From Alphaproteobacteria bacterium (GTDB lineage Bacteria; Pseudomonadota; Alphaproteobacteria; Bin95), in contig JAPOZD010000208.1 of NCBI GenBank assembly GCA_026706245.1, positions 1 to 50,863 of the forward strand: 50,863 nucleotides of DNA, read 5' to 3'. Shown here one piece after another: positions 8,142 through 16,042 of the stretch (positions are counted from its first letter, which is position 1; every line of letters starts with the position of its first letter). The translations under genes were made by a program, and so were the position numbers. Below the pieces are notes generated by a model. It was not told the DNA's origin, did not search any database, and was given only the letters and a program-made list of their open reading frames with translations.

Positions 8142-8666
8142 ATGCTTCTTTGCGACCCCACGGTTCCGGGGCCGGAGCGGAACCTCTCCCGCGCGGCGGC
8201 GCTGGCCGGGCTGGAGGGCCGGACTATCGGCCTCCTGGAGAACGGCAAGCTCAATGCGCAGCTCATGCTCCGCGAGACCGCCCGGCTCTTCGAGGAGCGG
8301 CACGGCTGCACGGTCGTGCCCGTCTGGTCCAAGTGGAACGCCAGCGCGCCCGCGCCCGAAGAGACGCTGAAGGCGGCGGCGGACAAGGTCGATTTCCTGA
8401 TAACGGGACTGGGCGACTGAGGCTCCTGTTCGACGTGCAGTTTGCATGACGGCATCAGCTTCGAGCAGCTCGGCAAGCGCGCGGCGGTCATCTGCACCGA
8501 ACCCTTCGAGGTGACGGCGCGGAACATCGCCCGGACGCTGGGCCTCCCGGACTATCCCTTCATCATGGTCGAGCATCCCATCGGCAGCCGCCGGCCGGAC
8601 GAGATCAGGGTGCTGGCCGAAGCGGCCTACCGGCAGGCCTTGCCGATCCTGACCGCGGCCGCCTGA
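8142..8666 (+). CDS. UGSC-motif selenoprotein candidate (174 codons; in-frame TGA at 8418-8420 read as selenocysteine)
   Basis: ORFs 8142..8420 and 8442..8666 share a frame, and 8421-8441 contains no stop. Read-through gives ...FLITGLGD-U-GSCSTCSLHDGISFEQLGK.... AGGAG SD lies before ATG 8142. The downstream half has only a TTG and no SD of its own. Confidence 0.7.
8431..8451 (+). promoter_or_regulatory. candidate bacterial SECIS hairpin
   Basis: 5'-cgacgugca guu ugcaugacg-3', imperfect stem (one G-U pair, one A-A mismatch). It starts 11 nt after the UGA, and the apical G/U-containing loop lies about 20-25 nt after the UGA, comparable to the fdhF-type SECIS spacing. Confidence 0.45.
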
Positions 8667-8703
8667 CCGGCCCGGCAATCTCCGCCAGACGGGAGTCCGG
8701 GGC

Positions 8704-10344
8704 GTGACCGCCACGATCTACCCTGCCCGCAAAGTCATCACCATGAACCCGGCCCGGGCGCACGCCACCCATGTGGCGGTGCGCGACGGCCGCATCCTCG
8801 GCGCCGGGACGCTGGACGAGCTGGCCGGCTGGGGCGAGTACCGGCTGGACGAGCGTTTCGCCGGCAAGGTGCTGATGCCGGGCCTTGTGGAAGGCCACAG
8901 CCATGTCATGGAAGGCTCGCTCTGGGCCTATGTCTATTGCGGCTTCTTCGACCGCATGGACCCGGAAGGCAGGGTCTGGGCGGGCCTCAAGTCCATCGAC
9001 GCGGTGGTCGAACGGCTCGCCGAAGCGGCGGCCGCGCTGGAGGACCCGGCCGCGCCGCTCGCCGGCTGGTCGCTCGACGCGATCTATTATGGCGGCCGGC
9101 GCGTGAACCGCCACGACCTCGACCGGGTCTCGACCGGGCGCGCCGTCGGCGTGCTGAACGCCTCCGGCCATATCCTGAATGTCAACACGAAGGCGCTGGA
9201 ACTCGCCGGGATGATGCGCACGGGCGTCAACCATCCGGGCATCCCGCTCGGTGCGGACGGCCTGCCGACCGGCGAGATGAAGGGGCCGGACGCGATGGCC
9301 CCGCTCGGCGTCCATACCGGCTTCGACCGCGACCTGCTGGCCTGTGACGAGCCGGGCCTGCGCCGCTTCGCCAAGCTCTGCGTGCGCACGGGCGTCACCA
9401 CCGCCGCCGACCTCGCCAACCTGCTGCCGGAAGACGCGGTGGAGATGATGCTGCGCGTGACAGGCGAGCCGGACTACCCGGCGCGCATCGTCTCGCTCAG
9501 GCGCTTCTACGGCCTGACGCCCGAGGAGCTGATCGACCGCGCGCTCGAACTCCGGGGCCGCAGCCGGGACCGGCTTCGCCTCGGCATCATCAAGGTGGTG
9601 GCGGACGGGTCGATCCAGGGCTTCTCCGCCCGGCTGCGCTGGCCCGGCTATTACAACGGCGCGCCGGAGGGGCTCTGGTACGTGCCGCCGGAGCACCTCC
9701 TGGAGATCTACGAACGCGCGCTCGCCGCCGGCCTCCAGGTCCACACCCACACCAATGGCGACGAGGCGACCGACCTCGCGCTCGACTGCATGGAATCCGC
9801 GCTCCGCAAGCATCCCGCGCCCGACCACCGCTTCACCCTCCAGCACTGCCAGCTTGCCGACGCCGCACAGTTCCGCCGTATCCGCGCGCTCGGCATGTGC
9901 GTCAACCTCTTCCCCAACCACCATTTCTACTGGGGCGACCAGCATTACGCCGTGACCGTGGGCCCCGAGCGCGCCGAGCGCATGAACGCCTGCGCGACCG
10001 CGCTCCGCGAGGGCGTGCCGCTCGCCATCCACTCCGATGCGCCGGTGACGCCCCTCGGGCCGCTCTTCACCGCCTGGTGCGCCGTCAACCGCCGCACGGC
10101 CTCCGGGCGCACCCTCGGCGAACAGGAGCGGATCGGCGCCGCCGACGCGCTCCGCACGATCACCCTGGGCGCGGCCTACACGCTCGGCCTCGACGGCGAG
10201 GTGGGCTCCATCGAGACCGGCAAGCGCGCTGATTTCGCCGTGCTGGAGGACGACCCGGAAACCGTCGGCGGCGAGCGGCTGAAGGATGTCGGCGTCTGGG
10301 GCACGGTGCAGGGCGGCCGCATCTTCCCGGCTGCGGACGCCTAG
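8704..10344 (+). CDS. amidohydrolase (Amidohydro_3 / YtcJ-like metal-dependent hydrolase)
   Basis: 546 aa. VAVRDGRILGAG, MPGLVEGHSHV, VADGSIQGFSA, VHTHTNGDEA, AIHSDAPV, GSIETGKRADFAVL. GTG start at 8704. Confidence 0.85.
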   Translation: MTATIYPARKVITMNPARAHATHVAVRDGRILGAGTLDELAGWGEYRLDERFAGKVLMPGLVEGHSHVMEGSLWAYVYCGFFDRMDPEGRVWAGLKSIDAVVERLAEAAAALEDPAAPLAGWSLDAIYYGGRRVNRHDLDRVSTGRAVGVLNASGHILNVNTKALELAGMMRTGVNHPGIPLGADGLPTGEMKGPDAMAPLGVHTGFDRDLLACDEPGLRRFAKLCVRTGVTTAADLANLLPEDAVEMMLRVTGEPDYPARIVSLRRFYGLTPEELIDRALELRGRSRDRLRLGIIKVVADGSIQGFSARLRWPGYYNGAPEGLWYVPPEHLLEIYERALAAGLQVHTHTNGDEATDLALDCMESALRKHPAPDHRFTLQHCQLADAAQFRRIRALGMCVNLFPNHHFYWGDQHYAVTVGPERAERMNACATALREGVPLAIHSDAPVTPLGPLFTAWCAVNRRTASGRTLGEQERIGAADALRTITLGAAYTLGLDGEVGSIETGKRADFAVLEDDPETVGGERLKDVGVWGTVQGGRIFPAADA

Positions 10345-10425
10345 TGCGGAAACCGGCCATGTTGCGCGGCAATCCGGGGCACAACCGTCTGACCGGGTGC
10401 GGCGGCATCGGGTATCGGGGATGGA

Positions 10426-10641
10426 CCCCCGCCTTCGCGGGGGTGACGAACGGGGCCTGGGCGCCGTGGCCGGAGTACAACCGTCACCCCGGCCTTGAGC
10501 CCCATCCGTCACCCCGGACGGAGCGAAGCGGAGATCCGGGGTCCAGCCCTGGCTCTCGCGGCAGCCTCGGTGGCTCCGCCTTCCTTCTAACGGCTGTAGC
10601 GATATCGCGAGTCATGGATGGCCCCCGGATCAAGTCCGGGG
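10426..10641. repeat. cluster of three short GC-rich palindromic (REP-like) hairpin units in an intergenic spacer
   Basis: cccccgc-cttc-gcggggg (10426-10443); accccgga-N16-tccggggt (10511-10542); ccccgga-tcaag-tccgggg (10623-10641). The units recur with a flanking 'gtgacg/gtcacc' word. The spacer 10345-10732 has no credible ORF. Confidence 0.6.
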
Positions 10642-10732
10642 TGACGAAAAGGGCGCGGACAGGCGGCGGCCGGGGCGACGGTATCGGCATTCTCACGGCC
10701 CCGGCACAATCCGGCCGTCGGCGGCTGCCGGC

Positions 10733-11638
10733 ATGACCGCCGCCGCCCCGTTGCCCGTCACCGTGGTCGGCGGCTATCTGGGCGCCGGCAAGACGACGCT
10801 CGTGAACAGCCTGCTCCGGCAGGCGGACGGCAGGCGGCTCGCCGTCATGGTCAACGAGTTCGGCGCGCTCCCCATCGACGCGAGCCTCGTCGAGGCGGCG
10901 GACGACCGGATCGTCAGCCTCACCGGCGGCTGCGTCTGCTGCAGCTACGGGGAGGACCTTGTGTCGTCGCTGGTCATGCTGGCCGCGCTGGAACCAAGGC
11001 CGGACCATGTGTTGCTGGAGGCGAGCGGCGTCGCCTTTCCGGGCGCCATCGCCGGCACGGTCGGCCTGCTGCAGGACTTCGCGCTGGACGGCGCGGTGGT
11101 GCTGGCCGACGCCGAGACCGTGCGCGGCCGCGCCGGGGACCGCTATCTCGGCAGCACCGTCCGCCGGCAGCTGGCGGAGGCGGACCTCATCCTGCTCAAC
11201 AAGTGCGACCTCGCGGGCGATGCCGTCGCGGTCGAAGCCTGGCTCGGCGAAACGGCGCCGGGCGCAAGGGTCGTGCGCACGGTGCGCTCCGAGGCACCCA
11301 TAGACATCGTGCTGGGCGCCTGGACCGGCCGCGCCGCCCTGCCCGCAGCCGGCGGTCCGTTCGACCACACCGACGGCTACGCAACGGCCATGCTCGACCC
11401 GCCCGAAGGCGCCGAACCGGAAGCCCTCGCCCGCATCCTCGCCGACCCCGCCCACGGCCTGCTGCGCGCCAAGGGCTTCCTGCGCCGCCCCGGCGGCGGC
11501 ACGGCCGCCATCCAGACTGTCGGCAACCGCTGGACGGTCTCGGACGCGCCCCCTGATGCGCCGACGGGCCTCGTCTGCATCGGCCTCGAAGCCCGCACGG
11601 ACTTCGAGGCACTACGGCGGGCGACCCGCAGCCTTTGA
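10733..11638 (+). CDS. CobW/COG0523-family G3E GTPase (metallochaperone-like)
   Basis: 301 aa. P-loop GGYLGAGKTTLVN, metal motif GGCVCCS, LLNKCDL, and the CobW C-terminal domain pattern (LRAKGFL...). Confidence 0.85.
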   Translation: MTAAAPLPVTVVGGYLGAGKTTLVNSLLRQADGRRLAVMVNEFGALPIDASLVEAADDRIVSLTGGCVCCSYGEDLVSSLVMLAALEPRPDHVLLEASGVAFPGAIAGTVGLLQDFALDGAVVLADAETVRGRAGDRYLGSTVRRQLAEADLILLNKCDLAGDAVAVEAWLGETAPGARVVRTVRSEAPIDIVLGAWTGRAALPAAGGPFDHTDGYATAMLDPPEGAEPEALARILADPAHGLLRAKGFLRRPGGGTAAIQTVGNRWTVSDAPPDAPTGLVCIGLEARTDFEALRRATRSL

Positions 11639-11697
11639 ACTGACGGTTCGGCCGGTTTGGGGCTGTCCCGGACGATGGCTGCCGCTATGGTCCCGCC

Positions 11698-14600
11698 ATG
11701 AGCGATTCGGATAGGCAGGCCGAACGGCCCGAGCACAGCATCGACGCCGCTGAAGTCGAGGCTTTCATCGCCCGCTGGGAGAAGTCCGGAGGCTCGGAAT
11801 CGGCGAATTTCCAGATGTTCGCCGCCGAGTTCTGCGGCCTGCTCGGCCTGCCGAATCCCGACCCCTCGGAGGAGCGGAACGAATATAACGACTACACCTT
11901 CGAGCGGCGCATCGACTTCAAGCATGACGACAACACCACAAGCCCCGGAAGGATAGACCTTTACCGGCGCGACTGCTTCGTCATGGAGGCGAAGCAGTCC
12001 GCCAAGCGGAGAGCGAAGAAGGCCGCCGACCCCCGCCAGACGGACATACTTCCAGAAGACGCCATGCAGGCGAAGGCCGGCGCGGCGGTGCGCGGCACGC
12101 GCGGCTGGGACCGGACGATGCGCGCCGCCAAGCGGCAGGCGGAAGATTACGCCCGCGCCCTGCCGGCGGAGCACGGTTGGCCGCCTTTCATCGTGGTTAT
12201 CGATGTCGGCCATGTCTTCGAGGTCTATGCGGACTTCTCCGGCCAAGGGAAGAACTACGCCCAATTCCCGGACCGGGAGGGCTATCGCATTCCCCTTTCG
12301 GGCCTGCGCGACCCGGAAGTCCGCGCCCGGCTTCGGGCGGTCTGGACCGACCCGCTCTCGCTCGACCCCGCCCGGCGGAGCGCCGAGGTCACGCGCGACA
12401 TCGCCGCACGCCTCGCCCGCATCGCCCGCAGCCTGGAAGACAGGGGACGCCACCCGGAGGAAGTCGCCGAATTCCTCATGCGCTGCCTGTTCACCATGTT
12501 CGCCGAGGATGTGGGCCTGCTGCCGGAGAAAGGCTTCGAGGACCTGCTGGGGCAGATGGTCGAGACGCCGCAGCATTTCGCCCCGGCGCTGGAGAATCTG
12601 TGGAAGGTTATGGACGAGGGCGGCTACGCCCCGAACCTGAACGCGGTGGTGAAACGCTTCAACGGCGCGCTGTTCCGCAACCGCAGGGCGATTCCGCTGG
12701 AAGCGGGCGAAATCCGTGAACTCCATATCGCCGCCGGACGCGACTGGCGCCATGTGGAGCCGGCCATTTTCGGCGCGCTATTGGAACGCGCGCTGGATGA
12801 CCGAAATCGCGCGGAACTAGGCGCGCATTACACGCCGCGCGCCTATGTGGAGCGGCTGGTCGTGCCGGTGATTATCGAGCCGCTGCGCGCCGACTGGGAA
12901 GCGGCGCTGGCCGAGGCCCATGCGCTGGACGAAGCGGGGGACCGCAGCGCCGCGCTCGGAAGGGTCAAGGACTTTCACCACAGGCTCTGCACGACGCGCG
13001 TGCTGGACCCGGCCTGCGGCACCGGCAATTTCCTCTATGTCTCGCTGGAATTGATGAAGCGGCTCGAAGGCGAGGTGCTGGACGCGCTGGAGGGGCTGGG
13101 CGAGGACGCGCCCCGCTTCGTGATGGAGGGGGAGACCGTCGGCCCGCGCCAATTCCACGGCCTCGAACTCAACCCCCGCGCCGTCGCCATCGCCGATCTG
13201 GTGCTGTGGATCGGCTATCTGAAATGGCAGCTCCGCACCCTGCCGCCCGACCGCCTCTCCGAACCGGTGCTGCACGCCTACGGCACGATCCGGGAGCAGG
13301 ATGCGGTTCTGGCCTGGGACAGGCAGGAGCTTCTTTGCGACGAAAACGGCAAGCCGCTTTCCCGCTGGGACGGCGTGACCGTGAAGCTGCATCCGATCAC
13401 CGGGGAGGAGGTTCCCGATCCCGACGCGCAAGTGGAACTCTACCGCTACGAGAACCCGCGCCCGGCCGCGTGGCCGGAGGCGGAATTCGTTGTCGGCAAC
13501 CCGCCTTTCATCGGCGGCAAGGACATGCGCAACAGGCTGGGCGACGGCTACGCCGAAGCCTGTTGGGAGGCTCGCAAGAAGGTTCCCGGCGGCGCGGACT
13601 TCGTCATGCACTTCTGGGACGAGGCCGCAACGCGCCTGCTGCGGAAGCCGAAGAAAGGGCAAACGAACCCGCTGCGCCGCTTCGGCTTCATCACCACCAA
13701 TTCGGTGACGCAGACCTTCTCCCGGCGCGTGATCGAGCGGCATATGGGGGCGAAGGAGCCGCTGGCGCTCGCTTACGCCGTGCCGGACCACCCGTGGCTG
13801 AAGGCGGCGGACAAGGCGGCGGTGCGCATCGCCATGACCGTCGCCGTGCGCGGCGACGGCGAAGGCAGGCTTGCGGCCGTCGAGCGGGAAGACGGGCTCG
13901 ACACCGATACGCCGCTCGTCGAACTGCGGGAGCGGACAGGCAAAATTGCCGGCAACCTGAAGGTGGGCGCGGACATAGTGGCCGTCCGGCCGCTGCTGGC
14001 GAACGATCTGATTGCTGGTCGGGGCGTACAGCTATTGGGGTCGGGCTTTATCGTCACGCCGCAACAGGCCGGGGCGCTCGGCCTTGGCGCGACGCTGGGG
14101 CTGGAAAAGCACATCCTGCCCTACCGCAACGGCCAGGACCTCGCCCGGCATCCACGCGGCGTCATGGTTATCGACCTGTACCCGCTGGCGGCGGACGAAG
14201 TGCGGGAGCGGTTCCCGAAGGTTTACCAGCATGTTCTCGACCGGGTGAAGCCGGAGCGGGACCAGAACAACCGCCAAACCTATCGCGATAACTGGTGGAT
14301 TTTCGGCGAACCGCGCTCGGATTTGAGGCCGGTTCTGGAGCCGTTGGACCGCTATATCGCGACGGTAGAAACATCGAAGCATCGATTCTTCCAGTTTCTC
14401 GATGCTAATGTTCGGCCGGACAACATGCTGGTTTGTTTTGGTTCGGATAACGGCGGTTTTCTGGCAGCTCTATCTTCCCGGCTGCATATATCGTGGATGT
14501 TGTCATTGGGCGGTACGCTTGAAGATCGTCCCCGCTACAACAAGACCAGAATCCTCGACACATTTCCCTTTCCCGCATTTACCGAAGGCTCGAAGTCCGG

Positions 14601-15330
14601 GCGACTGCTTGCCGACCTGGGCGAACGCCTCGACAGCTTTCGCAAGGAGCGGCTTGCCGAGCACGATTTCCTCACCATGACCTCGCTTTACAATGTGCTG
14701 GAGCGGGTGCGGGAGCTTGAGAACGGTTGCGAGGTTCGGGCTCTCACGCCGAAGGAACGGGACATCCACGAAGCCGGGCTGGTCTCGGTGCTCAAGGAAA
14801 TCCACGACGATATCGACCGCGCGGTCTTCGAGGCTTACGGCTGGGCCGACCTCGCGCCTGCGCTGGCGGGCCTGCCGGGCGCGACGACGCCCTCGCCGCA
14901 CAAGACGCCGGAACAGGAGGAGGCGGAGGAGGAATTGCTTGCCCGCCTCGTCGCGCTGAACCGGGAGCGGGCGGAAGAGGAGCAGGCCGGTACGGTCCGC
15001 TGGCTCAGGCCGGACTACCAGATACCGAAGCTCGCCCACAAGGCGAAAGGCCATCAGGAGATAGCGGATCTCGTCGCCCCGGAGGCCGCCGCCGCCAGGC
15101 CCGCATGGCCGAGGGAAGACCTGGACCGCATCCGTGCGCTGCGCTCCATGCTGGACCGCGCCGCCACCCCTGCTGGCGCGGCGGCGTTGAGCGCGGCGTT
15201 CAAGGGCCGCGATTCCGCCGCGCGCCGCAAGGCAGTGGAAAAGGCCCTCGAAACCCTCGCCGCCGCCGGCGCGGCCCAAAGGGCGGGCGACGGGTCGGAC
15301 GGCGAAAGCCGCTATTTCATCCCCCGGTAA
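11698..15330 (+). CDS. MmeI-like Type IIL/IIG restriction-modification fusion enzyme (N-terminal PD-ExK nuclease + N6-adenine DNA methyltransferase + TRD + long C-terminal tail)
   Basis: 1210 aa. GRIDLYRRDCFVMEAKQS has D-x9-E-x-K spacing as in MmeI. Also HYTPRAYV, motif I VLDPACGTGNFL, motif IV VVGNPPFIGG, and the C-terminal pattern ...RYNKTRILDTFPFP...LYNVLE. No separate R, M or S genes are adjacent. Confidence 0.8.
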   Translation: MSDSDRQAERPEHSIDAAEVEAFIARWEKSGGSESANFQMFAAEFCGLLGLPNPDPSEERNEYNDYTFERRIDFKHDDNTTSPGRIDLYRRDCFVMEAKQSAKRRAKKAADPRQTDILPEDAMQAKAGAAVRGTRGWDRTMRAAKRQAEDYARALPAEHGWPPFIVVIDVGHVFEVYADFSGQGKNYAQFPDREGYRIPLSGLRDPEVRARLRAVWTDPLSLDPARRSAEVTRDIAARLARIARSLEDRGRHPEEVAEFLMRCLFTMFAEDVGLLPEKGFEDLLGQMVETPQHFAPALENLWKVMDEGGYAPNLNAVVKRFNGALFRNRRAIPLEAGEIRELHIAAGRDWRHVEPAIFGALLERALDDRNRAELGAHYTPRAYVERLVVPVIIEPLRADWEAALAEAHALDEAGDRSAALGRVKDFHHRLCTTRVLDPACGTGNFLYVSLELMKRLEGEVLDALEGLGEDAPRFVMEGETVGPRQFHGLELNPRAVAIADLVLWIGYLKWQLRTLPPDRLSEPVLHAYGTIREQDAVLAWDRQELLCDENGKPLSRWDGVTVKLHPITGEEVPDPDAQVELYRYENPRPAAWPEAEFVVGNPPFIGGKDMRNRLGDGYAEACWEARKKVPGGADFVMHFWDEAATRLLRKPKKGQTNPLRRFGFITTNSVTQTFSRRVIERHMGAKEPLALAYAVPDHPWLKAADKAAVRIAMTVAVRGDGEGRLAAVEREDGLDTDTPLVELRERTGKIAGNLKVGADIVAVRPLLANDLIAGRGVQLLGSGFIVTPQQAGALGLGATLGLEKHILPYRNGQDLARHPRGVMVIDLYPLAADEVRERFPKVYQHVLDRVKPERDQNNRQTYRDNWWIFGEPRSDLRPVLEPLDRYIATVETSKHRFFQFLDANVRPDNMLVCFGSDNGGFLAALSSRLHISWMLSLGGTLEDRPRYNKTRILDTFPFPAFTEGSKSGRLLADLGERLDSFRKERLAEHDFLTMTSLYNVLERVRELENGCEVRALTPKERDIHEAGLVSVLKEIHDDIDRAVFEAYGWADLAPALAGLPGATTPSPHKTPEQEEAEEELLARLVALNRERAEEEQAGTVRWLRPDYQIPKLAHKAKGHQEIADLVAPEAAAARPAWPREDLDRIRALRSMLDRAATPAGAAALSAAFKGRDSAARRKAVEKALETLAAAGAAQRAGDGSDGESRYFIPR

Positions 15331-16042
15331 AGCACCGGCAGGCAGGTTTGTTCCATAAATCGGAAATAATTCTGAATTAAGGCTTGCGCTCCAGAACATC
15401 GATGCCTATATGGGTCGGGTCGAAGCGGCGTCCGGAGGCCGCTTCTGTGCGCGCCGGCGCCAAATAGCCCCTGTGGAGCCGAGGGGACAGGTGCGTCCTG
15501 CGTTCGGGCGTCGCGCGGGCGCGGGCAATCAGGCGCGCGAACCGCGCGGGCGCCGACACGCGCCCCCGCAGGCGCGGGCGCCCGCGCAGGATACGCGCGA
15601 ATCAGAGTCCCGCCGCACGGGACGAACCGGCGGCGGGGCGGACGGAACGGAGTGGAACGAAACGGGAGGAAGGAACGGCATGCGGGATGCGGAAGAACGG
15701 AGCTTCGGCGGGACGGGACAGCCGCCGGACAAGCTCCTCTCCCGCTTGCGGGAGAGGCTGGGTGAGGGCCCGCTTGCGCGCCAGCGGAAGCGGCGGGCGA
15801 AGCCCGGGAAACGCCCCGCTGCGCCGAAAGACGGCCTCCCACCCCAGCCCTCCCTCGCAAGCGAAGGAGGGGGATTCGAGGAAGGACGGACCTTATGCAC
15901 GAACCGGCTACAGGATATGAACTCCCGGCATGCGGATCATGACATTCCATGACGCATCCGGGGGGAGGCGCACGACGCCTCATGACAAAACATGACATCC
16001 CATGACACGCCGCGCAGCCTTGCGGGGCGGAGCGCGCGTTCG
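15331..16042. other. 712-bp non-coding spacer between convergent genes, rich in GC hairpins and short repeats
   Basis: Only Arg/Pro/Gly-rich junk ORFs occur here. Contents: an AT-rich patch at 15345-15385; hairpins gaagcggc-N8-gccgcttc (~15421-15444) and ctctcccgc-tt-gcgggagag (15737-15756); GGAAC(G) words at 15644, 15654 and 15672. Confidence 0.6.
15938..16010 (+). repeat. 10-bp-phased direct repeat array of the hexamer CATGAC
   Basis: CATGAC at 15938, 15948, 15981, 15991 and 16001, plus CACGAC at 15971. Four consecutive units have exact 10-bp spacing (15971-16010), and a second pair lies 23 bp upstream. Confidence 0.7.

Noticed and set aside
15410-15952. A 180-aa ORF, and the antisense 327-aa ORF 15312..16295, in the spacer after the MmeI-like gene.
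   Set aside because: - Extremely Arg/Gly/Pro-rich, with no start context and no motif.
- The region is better explained as repeat- and hairpin-rich non-coding DNA.
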